64,000 nt of DNA from Ascidiella aspersa. Its lineage: Eukaryota. The stretch is taken from assembly GCA_963924565.1 (NCBI GenBank), contig OZ004607.1, forward strand, positions 32,488,001 through 32,552,000, read 5' to 3'. Below the pieces are notes generated by a model that worked only from the letters and a program-made list of their open reading frames with translations, made no database searches and had not been told where the DNA came from. The stretch's first letter is position 1, and each line of letters opens with the position of its first letter. Positions 13,361 through 25,518 of the stretch are shown here, piece by piece. A program made the translations under genes and the position numbers.

Positions 13361-15684
13361 CGGCCGGATTCTTTTCCATCGTCAATTGAAGGAGATCTGT
13401 CCGCCGGAGCGTGAAGCGTCGTTTGTACACAGGGGCGTTCGTGATCATCCAGTAATCCCTCAGCTCTCCTTCCTGTGTTTGTTTTGTCCACTTTTCTCCT
13501 AAATCGATGATCCCCCGGCCTACAGGTATATGATATACAGCGGCATTACAGCCAACATCTGGTCTATTGCGGTCGTGTAAAAGTCACCTGTCAAAACACT
13601 AGCCCGGTTTTACAGCGATCTAGTCATTTTACGACCGGTCGACAAACGAAACGTGAAACAATATAGGGTTTAAGCGACAAGCTTGTAACTCAACGGTTAT
13701 GATATGACAACCGGATCAACACAAAGTCGTATAAAGCGTCTTGCGATTTTCCTGGAATTTGAAAACCATATTCGACAGGTGTGCTTCAAATAAAAAAATT
13801 GATTACCATGAGCCAGATTTTCTCATCTGATTTTTATGCTTTCGTTTTGGTAACTTCGATCCCGAACCACTATATAAGTTTAACCATGAATAATATTCAT
13901 ATTTATTTTAATATAGTTCAATATTCATTGAATATAAACCGCCACAACATATTTTGGACGTTCCTCTTTGTTGCCTTTGGGAACGTTTCGCGAAAATAAC
14001 GCAAAAATGCTCCGTCATTGTAGTTGGTGGTTCATAACGTGTGATTCACCCTAATGTTTGGACAAAAAACTGGGTGCAGCAAAAGTGTTGAAAAACACCG
14101 TGTGGCCGTAAAAACATTTTTAATTTTTTTAGTTATGTTTAGTTTTGCGAAATAAATCTTAAACGGATTAAAGATTCCGGAAAAACATCAAAGATTATAC
14201 AGGCATAAGCAACATTGGTTCACCTAATATTGCCTATAAATTTATGTTGGATTCGATATTTCTCCTACGCATAACTACAAATTTAAGCAATTGCGTTCTA
14301 CGCTTAAAAGTAAAGATTCTATTAACACAGCACTCAAAAAAAGAATAGCGAAACAGTCTTACTAATTTAGGTGTGCTGCGAAATAGTGTCGCGATTATTT
14401 TTAGTAAAACAGTTCTCCTCAAAATCGGTACGACAGGAAATCAAAGATTGCACGTGGGGCTCGGAATGTCGTGCAGGTCTTGCAAGTTCCAGACGCACTT
14501 GTATCGAGCGTGGATTTTGCGCGACAAGGCCGGTTAGTCAGGCAACTCGCGTTACAGGCGACGACTTGCAGTACAATACGGTTGTGTCGAGTGCACGGAA
14601 TTTCAGGACAAAGAGGGAGAGAATAGCATATAGGAGAAACGGCTTCGCGCCCACGCCAAAGCCCATTTAAGGCGAAGCGCGCCCTTGCGTGTGATACGAC
14701 CCGATGAACGGATTAGACTGATCTGCCAACTTGTTGGGGAGACCTTTTCGGCGGCTTGAAAATGCGTCAGGGATACGATACGCGACCGAGTGGCGTGATT
14801 CACGGCGAAATCGGAGGCTGTCCCTTGAAACATTGACACGCAAAGTCTAAATCCGAGCTTATTTTAGTATCCTGGACAGGCGGACGATTTACCAACGGAT
14901 TTCCATTTTTTCGCACCTGTGTATTTTTGTCTGGGATAACGTTGCCACCCATAGTGAACTAAGACTATAATGCTCAACAATATTTTAATTAAATATCTTA
15001 CTGACAATGTGGTTTTGAATAATGGCTCTGGGGCTGTTTTTAACCTAATTTGGGACAAATGGGGCAAACCCGCGATTCTTCTGAACACCTGCCCGTTGCC
15101 TTTTCGAATCCCTTAAGTATGATTGAACGCAGCCTTAATGCACATCTCGGTTTATTTGCGACGCGTGGACCGTCTCTTTTAGGGGCGCTTTTTGTCCGAT
15201 TCGCCACATTCGTCTTGCCCAAGCGCAAACAGTCACCGGCTGTGTGTGGTCCAGGGAACAAAACCCACCAAAGGTAAACAGCAGTAAACGGCGACCGCTT
15301 CCCAAGGGCCCCGGTCTAATTTGCTTTCGTTCATGTCCAATTAGAAGCCGTAAAGGCCGTAAACAAGGTGTTACCGCGCGCACAAGGCCTTCAGAGTCGA
15401 GGTTTGTCAACAGTCACTTTGTTTAAACTCCTGTCTGGCTTTCGTTGCGCCACCGCCAGCCTCAACCAGCAACCAGCACTTCGGCCATTACATCACGCGA
15501 GAGAAATGCGAGCACGTCGCGCCTCAGTGCACCTGTCACGCACCAGCGATCGCGGCCCGCCCCGCTGATAAAGGCTAGTGTCGGGCTTTGGCGGGCATCA
15601 CACGAGCAAGAGATGACCACGAGGTAACACGTTACAAAGCGCGAGCCGTTTTCTTTTTACCACGGAGCAGGACTCTTGTTGTAT

Positions 15685-15716
15685 TATAAAAAATATACTT
15701 ATCCGTATTCTTCAGT
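15685..15716 (+). promoter_or_regulatory. Core promoter of gsc: TATA box plus initiator
   Basis: TATAAAA at 15685-15691 and TCAGT at 15712-15716; the Inr A (15714) is 29 nt from the TATA start, canonical spacing, ~250 nt upstream of the ATG. Confidence 0.65.
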
Positions 15717-15966
15717 GGCTGGTTCACTGGAAATCGGATCGTTCGTCGACGTTTTATTTGCATCAACTCCAAGCAAAAACTCAGCACTTTATCGCAACAA
15801 TCTCAAGAGATCAAAGAAGAGCTCAGTCCCAAGACTGTTAAGAAGACATCTGTTCATCAGATCAAGAAAGAAACCGGACTTTGCCTTGAAAAATAACACT
15901 CGCGCCAGTTCAATTTCGCCAAGCATCTATTCAAAAAGGAACCGAGAAATCAGCGTCAAAGCCATC

Positions 15967-18900
15967 ATGTCTATTCAGTTCAGCATCGACAACATTCTGG
16001 GCGGCAAGTTGGACCAGCCGCGCGCGGAGCCCAGCTCGCTTCCGCAGATCGCAAGCAGCACGGCGTCAATGGCGCCATACATGCGGGCCTCCCTGAGCGC
16101 TGCCGCCGCGGCCGCCGCCGCCAACTACCCGGCCTCAGGCCTGGCCGGCTGCTATTCGTACCTGTTCCCCTATGTTGGATCCAACGCGGGACTCTACCCG
16201 ACTTCTGGTGAGTTACGCGTTTTCAATTGGCAGTATTTGTCTGTGTTTCTGTAGGTTTTTGTAGATTTGTTTTGTGTTGTATTTAATTGACCAACGCATA
16301 TTTGTGGTTTAAGAGTGATTTTGAAACGTTTAGTTGCTGCCACCTATACTAGCTTGGCGCCTAATTTGGAATGTTTGGTATTATTATTAAAATATATAAA
16401 TCCCCACCATTTTGGCTTTGAACTGTTTTTTTGGTTCTGTTTAATTGTGTTTACTAAAACTAGGGTACAATCGGGAAACAGCGCATAACCTCATAAAATT
16501 GTATTTATTTTAAATATTGTCAACCTCTAGCTAGGCGGCATATTGTTATATATAAAAATAACTACTTAAGTTTTCGCTGTTTTAACAAATATGGATAACT
16601 AAACCCGGTGACTTTTGGCGATTTCAAAATGGCAGCCGCGCCCGACGGTAGCTTTCGTCCCTCGCGATGCTTGTTATGACCAAGCCTAGTTTCCAACGTT
16701 CACCCAATTCGGACGCATATTTGTAAACTAGCGTGCGAAAAGAGTCGTACTTGCGCTTCGGCGGTAGCGTAACGCGTTGAATTGAAACACACGACAGTTT
16801 GGTTCCGTCCGACCGTATTTAGTCACCGCCACATCGTGCGTGCTATTTCGCGTGGGCGTTGCTTTTATCAGCATGGGTCGTCGTCACAGTAAGGCAATTC
16901 CTCTCTGCCCGTCGTCACTGGGCTCTGGCGATAAAATCTGGCTCGGAGTTCTTGCGCTCCGACTCACGACCCGCGGGTCGCAATTTCGAGGCCAATAAGG
17001 CGGCCTGATAAGCATCGAAACGCGTTCAAAGCCGTACCGCGCCCGCGAGAACACGCGAGGTTCTTGGCTATTAAGTCTGTGTTGTTGACTCGCTGAAAGG
17101 AATAACTGGAAAACAGTCGCGGCGGGGTGAGAATTTGTTTTGACTGTTGGGTTAATCGGCGCTAAACAAACTTCAAATTCATGGCTTTGATTTTTAAACA
17201 AGATTTCTAGAGCAAAAAGAGTTTGTAAATTCTCCGTTTGGGAAAACCGATAATCCCTAGTTGGTGTGTTTAATCAGCGTTTGACGAACCCCAGACAAAT
17301 CTACGATCGCGCGTTACTAAAAACAGAATTGCTCCAGCAAAAAATAGTTGGAAACTAGCTGTTTCGTTAGTGGCGCAATATTTGCGGCCGCCATTACGTT
17401 TTAGGCTGCGTGAAATCGTACATGAATTCTGCGATAAACAAATTTGTCGCGCTTAAAACGAGTCTGCCAACACTCGTGTTATGCGCAGGGGAGAAATAAC
17501 CACGTTTTGAAATTAAATCAATGTGCGACCAACGCGAGTGTAATTTGACGATCGCTTAAGCTCTAAAACGCCATTTTTCGCAGGTAAAAAATCTGAAAAT
17601 TTGCTGTAACAAGCGCCAGTGTAATTCTTCGAGCGCGTGAGCTTTTGAAGCGCAATTTTTGCAGCAAAAATGTAATTGAAGTGCGCTGTAGCCGCGGGCG
17701 GGAGAATAATCATGCCTCGTGCTTTGTTTTCGTTCGATCCTGGATTTCGTGCGAGCGTTCGGGATTAATCTTTCCGCTCGTTCTCACGGCCGATCCGGGT
17801 CGCTGCGAATACAAACAAGGGCGCACGCGCGTGTGTGCATCCTCGCGCGCCTAAACCGTGCAAGCGCGTTTGGCGAAATCCCGTCCACTTAGGCAGCGTC
17901 GAATCTCGGCTTGTTGACTTAAGGGATGAGGCGGACTTATGAGCAAGCGAAGAGCAAAATGAGGAGCGGGATCTCGCGTTACCTCCTGCTCTTCAGCTTT
18001 GACATTTACTCGACGCCGCGTTCTCCCCTTGTTCCGCCTCCTTATCGATTAATCGTCATCACCCCGCTCCCGTAATCGCGCTCCCCTCCGGATTTGGAGG
18101 AGGGAGCATAGAGGACGAAACGAGGTTGATCGGATCGAGCGATAAGCCAAGCAATTTCGCCTCTCGTTTCGCGTCCGATGTCACATCTCTTATTTTTTCA
18201 ACGTGCGCGTTGCCAGGGCGCTTATCTGATCCGAGCGCGTTGCTAGGCAAAAGAACTAAAGATCCGGGCGGATTTTCTCGGCAGCGGCGCTAAAAACGCA
18301 GCGGCGAATCGGCGAGTGCAAATAAACAGGCAAATTACGCTTTTTCAAAGCTTCGATTTTTCGTTAGGGCGCGATTGTTGCGATGACATCACGGTGAAAA
18401 ACAAAATCGCGCGGCAAATGGCCGGCGATAAAAATCTGGCGAAGTCCGAACCTTGCGCTACGCGGACGCTCTATTCCCAAAAGGTGGCGGCGAGCGCGCG
18501 CTAAAAAACCTTCATCCGGCGTGTATCACCTTTGCTCGACCCCTATGGCCTTTTCAACGAGGATGTATAGCTCGCCATATTTCGCAGTAATATCGCTGCC
18601 GACGACGATGCCCGCGCCAGGCTATAAGCTAAATAAACTTTGCGGCCCGGTCGCTCTGCGCCATTCAAAAGAGCGCCGTGATAGCTTTTGTGCTCTGCCT
18701 TGTCTGGCAACGGGTAAATACGCCTCGAAACAGAGCGGATTAGCGCGTTGGGCTTAAGTGCACCCCCTTTGCCCCCTCCCCTACCCTGTGGTACCTAATG
18801 GACGGTATTATCGTCGCTCGGCCGAAAAACAAAGACGCCCTTTGTCGGCTCCGAGAGCGCTGTTGTCTCTTTGTGCAACGCCGCGCGCTAATCCCGTCAA

Positions 18901-21900
18901 AAGGACCGTTTACATGACCTCTTAGAAAATCGCGTCACTTTTTGAATGTTTTTTTTCCGACCCTCCAGTGATATAAGTCGCGCCTGGTGTTTTTTCCCAG
19001 TTATCTCAGCAGAAAAATAGGATTTAAAAAGCGATTGCTTTTAAAATTTAAACCGTATAGAACCTAATATGGGTTGAGTGGCGTGTTTGGCAATGGCAAC
19101 TGCACTGTAGCTAATTAAAACAGCCGCTCCAATCTTTATTAAAGTGAACTTCTTGTCACCCAATCGAGGCCGCTTGCTTTAGCAGATCGTCGGATTGCAG
19201 TAACGAACAAAGGTTATGGTTTTCTGGCTCCCCGAAGGGCCCTTGGCATGTTGGCTGAACCCCACAACCCCTCTGCATAATAGCGGGTGATTCGAACGGG
19301 GGGGTCGATCGGTCAAACGACAGCCGGGCCAAGACGCGCCCAGGGTTGAAGTTTCTGTCGCTTTCACGTCATCCAAAGGACACGGCGCCAAATCCACGGG
19401 CAGGATCTTTGTTTAAGCGGCGCATTAGCCGGGCCGCCTAATCCGATACGCGGGGTGTAATGGGAAAATTAGCCGCTTTGTATGTGAGGACGGGCGCGAT
19501 TCGTCATGTGCCCGATTCGGCGCGTCTGATGATGACACGGATTAAGGCGATTCCGCGTATTTTTCGCCGCAGCTTTGTGGACCAAATTCGCCCCTCTCTT
19601 TCTCTTTTTATTTCTGTGTTTTGTCTCTGCGGCGAAACTTAAATCCCACCTGGTTTCCTCAGGATTACGCCGCCTTTTTTCCCTTAGCTTGCCCGTTTCG
19701 CGTTACCTAACCTCGCCGTGACACCCCCGCACACACACGCACACACACGCACACACGCGCGCATTATATATAGACGTGGTCGACGGCCAAGTGCTTGCTG
19801 GCTGCGTGGAAACAATAAGGCCAACAATATGAGAGCGCGATGTTGTTTCTGGCTTGAAATCTCTTGGGACAAGGGACGTAGGTTCATTTCCAGGTTGCGC
19901 CCGGGTCAGCAACATCATCGACAGTTAGGCGCGCTTTTAAGTCGCTTAACGAGAACACGTCCTCGACACGACTCTCTCGCGAGATCGCTCTTTCTTCGCC
20001 ACAGCTTAGCAGATTAGCGAGCCACTTATCGGAGGCCTGAACTCGCCAGCAACCCCCCTTTACTCTAATTCTCGTTGGTTCGCGTCTTGTTCCGCGACCG
20101 CTGTAACTACTTGGTCCTGTGGGACACGGGCGCGCGAGGATGTGCAATTTCTTTTCTCGGTTTTGGTTTTTGTGAATCGCGGGCCGAAACAAAATGGTGG
20201 CGCCTTCTGGGAACCTTATGACGTGATTGGGACCTGAGAGCTGTTGGTCGCTGCGTAAAACAGTTAGCCATCGGGTTAATTTCATTATTTATTTTTGTAG
20301 AATTAAACAACAAGTAAACCAGAGGTTCGCACTTTATGCAAAATTCCCAATGGCCATTCTCCTTAAACTATTGTTTTCACTTGATTACCCTGCTAAACCC
20401 AAATAATTTTCCCGCCAATATGACAACGAGTCGCAAAAAAAATATGCGTAAGTGGAAGTCGTATTAATCGCTAACAGTCGGATTTACAACACCCACAGAA
20501 CACTTCAACAGCAAAAAATAACCGTCGTTTCTTTCGCCAACGGAAACGTTAGAGCCTGTCATCTTTCGTCGCGATACAAAACGCCCGAAAAAAAAACACG
20601 GTTTGGGCCGAAATCCGCTCGCGCCTAATCTTTCCACTTTCCTCCGACCCAAAGTCACGTACCAAAGCAAATCGTCCATGGCAAAATATAAAGCGTTCAG
20701 TGCGCAATTCGCCCAAGTATCGCCTAGGGTAGGCCATGGCGCAGCGAAAAGGCGATAAAAATGCGATTCCTTTGTGATAAATCCGCTGCGGTGGCGGCGG
20801 GTCAGACATCGAGGCGTCGCTGAACGGTGGGAGTGCTGGCCCTTCTGGCCCAGATTAATGCCGCTGATGCCCAGCACGCCTCAGCCTTTTTTGTCCAAGC
20901 GTTTCGCGAAGATTTCGTTTCTGGGTTTTGAGAGGCGTTTTTTTCCTTTCGGTCGATTTTCATGTTTGGGCCGATTACGGGTCGCTGGAAATGGAGCCGG
21001 CCGTTTTGAGGCGGAAAAGCTGGCTGTTTTTGTGGAAGTACCCTTATCATGGCGTAAGTGTGTGGGTGTGGAATACTTGGTTGATAATTTGCCCGGGGGT
21101 GGTAATTTGAACAGACTCGCTCCGGTAGCTGTTTTGGCGCCTGTGGCCATTTCGGGCTGTTTTAAGGGTGTCAGTCGATGTCGAAACGAACTCCCAACGA
21201 GTTTATGTTTCAGCGGCTTGGTAGGTTCACGAGTTTACATCGAGTTTAGATCTCTCCTTAACCTTACTACATACAAATCTCTCTCTCATTCGATAACACT
21301 GCTTTAAAACGAGCCACGTTCTCATTTTCGAATGACACTTTTGAGCTGGACTTTATTCCTGTAAGTAACCTTGCCGGATTTGGCGAACTTAGCTGTGGGC
21401 TGCGGTGGTAATAGGGCGACATTCCGCTGTATTTGAAGTGGTCGTGTTAACTAGAACTTATCCGGCGGTTTTTTTCAGCATACGTGACACAACGAACGTA
21501 GCCGACGTTGCGTAAGGGAACACCTGACGTCGGTTTTGGCCGTGTCACCGTCACGTGCATATACACGCCCGCCCCGTTGAAAGGCCCGTTTCGAGACCGT
21601 GTGTTCTGGTAAACAGCGTGCCGAGACAACGCAAACACAACTGTGGTCTTTGCATGTCTATTCCTCGCTCTTCGATGTTCCCCGCTAGTTTTATTATGCG
21701 GTTTAAATTGGTAAATAGCCAGTCGACTTGGATATTAGGCGTGTAAACTGGTTTAAGGCTTACGACATAAAATAGAATTTTAAACAAAGATACCTTGACC
21801 TCAAAGGTTGTGTCAAAACAACACCGACCTTTTAATAAAAACCTACAAAATTACCTATGGAAAAAAGCGTTTATAGTCCAAACGGTTAAAAATTTCGTCA

Positions 21901-24900
21901 AAGCATAATTACTGAACGTTCGAGTTTACTCCTACGTTCTCACCATAGCGACAAAAGCGCCTTATCACATCATCGCTTTTATGTTGACAAGCGGGGCCGA
22001 TGATTCGACCATCCACAACCAAACAACCTTGTCCCAAGCAAATTCTCAAAGGCGTAAAGGGGAACGCTGAACGCGCGGCCCTCTTCAAATTCGACTCGGA
22101 ATTTCCGCTGTCGTTGCCCGGCGTTGCCGTTTAATCGGATCAGAGCGTTTTGGCTGCTTTTCATCTGCGAGCGTTGGACAGCCGATCATCAATTTCGCCG
22201 CTTCTAATGTGTCGTTTTGCCAATTTGGTCGATCCACGTCGAGTCTGCTACTTTTAGCGACGGCTTAATCATCTAAAAAGCCGTTTATTTAACTTGAGAG
22301 GCGATGCTGATTTGGACGCAGCCCGCGCACAACAAAACAGGCAAGGCCTTGTGAATCGAAATCGCTTCCGGGGATAGTTACAAATGCGAGATGTTTAAAG
22401 CAATTTGCCAGCACCCAAAGACTGGCCACCTTTTGTGGCCGCTTCAATTTGGCCTGAACCGATTTCAGCCATTTAAGCAAAGGGCAGAAACGAAGGCACT
22501 TTTTGGACTCAAACCTTGTTTTCGCTGGATTTGAGTTGTCGAATAGTAAAAAAAAAGGCCAAAAAAGGTGCATTTTCGAAACTCAACGCCTGTTTTTGCT
22601 GGATTCGAGCGTTTGCGCTTTTTAAAGCTGCCAGCCTAAAATTATATCAGCAAACACGACAATTTTCCGCGCCGACGGAGACACGCCGGCGCGTGTTATT
22701 GCGCTCGTAAGGCCGCTCATCCCTTCCAATCGAGGAACAATGCCCGTCCGAGCGATAACCCGCGATGGCAATTACGCGCCACCCTCAGGAATGCGTTATG
22801 ACAATACGATCGCTTATGGCTTATGCGACAAGCGTCGCCGCTCCCGGGCCTGTATCGACAGGATCGCGCGATGTTTTCCAGACTAATGGCTCGATTTTCG
22901 CGCAGCGCGCTTTCCCCTTATCGCGCGTGTATACAAATGACATTTCGCAAAAAGAGGGGACCATCGCCCCCTCGTTCTCTATTTAAACGGTATTTATCGG
23001 AGAATGGCAGGAGTCCGCATGCGCTGCGCACCCCTGATGCCCTACTGGTTATCATGACGATCGGCCGCGCAATCGGAAAAAGAAAAGCCGCCCTGGTTTA
23101 AAAGCGCAAAGCCGTCGAAGATCTGCCTTATCTCCCCGTCGCTTTTATGAGCGCGAGATTACGCGACGTCAGCGGCGTTGAAAGCGATCGAAAACACACA
23201 CCAAGCACCCCCCCCCTAACACACCAATCCTCTGCCCGATTTGCGTCTTTATCCAGACGTCAGCAATAGGCAGTCACCTCGCAATTCGACTCCCCATTAG
23301 GGCCGACCACAACAGCCCAGAACACGTACCGTTGAATCAGCGCGCTTGCTAATCGATCATACGACACCACACAGTTTGTTTGCCTTGCCTTATAGCGGGT
23401 CGCCCGCTTTTTTAATTGCCCCAGTTTTGCCACGCTTATTTTCTTTTGAGCGGACAGAATGATTCAGCGCGCAACTTTATCCCTTGTTGTTGTTGTTTGT
23501 GGCCGACATCTTTGTGGAAATAGGATTACGCACGCGAAGCAGAAAGGGAAGGTGCCGGAGTAATTGCCTGGCAAACAGCGCAGCTCTTTACAGCGAGTTC
23601 GGTTGCAATTTTTGAGGAAAAGCGAGCGGCTCAATGCGGAATTGCGCACTTCGCTAATTGATTTCCGGCCCAACCGCAACGCACTTGTCCCGATTGCATC
23701 TTACTGTAGCCTGTAGGCGCCGCTTAACCAACCTCATTTTTGGGGATGTTTTGCGTTGTTTTAAACCATGGCCAATGCAACAAGGCATATTAAAAACCAG
23801 TCTGTCATTTTTAAACGAAGCTGTGTAAAAACTTTAAACTTAGCTGCGCATTTGTAACTCAGCAATGTAAAAAGTAAATCGGAGCTAAAAGAAACAGAAC
23901 GCCAAATGTCATGTTAACTGATTACTTTTTCAGGCTGTCCTTTATCAAGTGATGTAAAGTGATCTCATTATGACCCTTCTAACGAAAATCCTTTTAATTT
24001 TTACAGCCTTGTCCATTATATGTTGTCAATCTTTTCTTCCTTGAACGTAGTTGCTATTAAAGCTGCTTATAACCGCCGCTTACTTAACGAAGACCTCGCT
24101 TTACAGCCTGTCCACCATCTTTCCTCTCGCCATACGCCTTCGCTGCAGCCGCGGCCGCCGCAGCCGCTTCTACTGGCTCTCCAGTTGGCATGCTCCCACC
24201 AGGGATGCTCGGAGGCCAAGGAGGGGCCGCAGCTCCGCCCGGCTTCTTCTACCGTCTTCCGGCCAAGCGCAAGCGCCGCCACCGCACCATCTTCACCGAG
24301 GACCAGCTCGAGGCCCTGGAGGGAATGTTCCAGAAGACGCACTACCCGGACGTGGTGATGCGCGAGCAGCTGGCCGAGAAAGTCGAGTTGAAGGAGGAAC
24401 GCGTCGAGGTGGGTGGAGTTTTTAAGTAGGACTAAAATGTACTCAGTCTGCTTTGGGGTTAAGTTATTTAGTAGTAATGTGTCGGCTTTAAGGTTAATTT
24501 CTAAGGTAATAGGTCAGCTTTATTTTGGGGGGCAATTGAAAATATCTAACTTGGATAATTTCGATATTTGTCTCTGTTGTCAACGCCAAAAAATCTGCTC
24601 TATAGGCTAATTGAAAGGTTACTAGTTTGTAAAGCTCATTTCAACACTTCATATGTTAAAGCTTTACTTTAAGGTGTTGTCCTTCTAACTAATTTGATCA
24701 TTTCGTATATTTAAGGCTAGCATAAAATTAACCCAGACAATATTTAAGATTAATTCGAATGGTTTGCTAGGTTGTTCTTGTTCTAAAACTTTTCCCGCTT
24801 TTTGTAGGTTTGGTTCAAGAACAGGCGTGCCAAGTGGCGTAAGCAGAAGCGCGAACGCGAGCTGATGAAGGTGGAGACGGACAGCAGCGGATCGGCCGCT

Positions 24901-25518
24901 TCTGATCACCCCCCGTCAAGCCCTGAAAGGTGAGGAATCGAAATATCGTCGCTGTTTCCTTGTCTTGAAATTTTAGCCCTGGTTTCCTTTGTCAAGATAT
25001 CTCTAAACGGGCCTTGCAACATTGTGTGAATCTTATTACGCTGCTAGGTGGGGAAAATGGCGGAAATCAGTTGTCTGAACTGTGAATTGGCCTGTTTAGT
25101 TTAGATACAAGCACGTAAACCTGTTAAAGAGTTATAACTTTGGAAAAAATGATAAATACCCTCGAAAACTTGGTGTAAAAAACAACACTAACTTTCGTTA
25201 TTAAAAGCAATTAACTTTAGAAAACAAAAAAGGCATGATCACTAATTAAAGTGTGATAATGTGAAAAAAACCTAATAAAAACATACATGCACCAAACTTT
25301 CGGCGTAAAAACCAAATAACCAAACTTTACCACTAGATTCTTCTTCTAAACCTTACCACCATCCTTTCTACAGAGCTCAAAGCGTCAGCCCTTCGCCTCG
25401 CTACAACGGAATGAGTGGTGGCAGCAGCTGCGATGAGATGGACTACGGAGTATCCGGAAGTCTGCCTAGGAGCATGATGATGGTTCCAGTGCCCAAGATT
25501 GGGGTACAGGTCGAGTAG
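15967..25518 (+). CDS. gsc: Goosecoid homeobox transcription factor (paired class, K50), 4 coding exons, 269 aa
   Basis: Exons 15967-16207, 24107-24408, 24808-24929, 25374-25518 (810 nt; intron phases 1,0,2; all GT-AG). N-terminal eh1 motif FSIDNIL; homeodomain [46 protein letters not shown]|[12 protein letters not shown] with K50 and the PRD-class intron between residues 46 and 47; two poly-Ala tracts (8 and 9 Ala); stop TAG 25516-25518. Confidence 0.95.
19729..19762. repeat. (CA)n/(CG)n microsatellite in gsc intron 1
   Basis: GCACACACACGCACACACACGCACACACGCGCGC. Confidence 0.8.

Noticed and set aside
14918-14925. FoxH1-like site TGTGTATT as a Nodal response element
   Set aside because: A single AT-rich 8-mer, expected by chance at this scale.
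194-15627. Many 60-150 aa ORFs upstream of gsc
   Set aside because: No recognisable domains, mostly non-ATG starts, overlapping on both strands; expected by chance in GC-richer islands.
15676-15966. 97-codon N-terminal extension of gsc in the ORF track
   Set aside because: Starts at TTG upstream of the TATA box; the first ATG (15967) directly precedes the eh1 motif as expected for Gsc.
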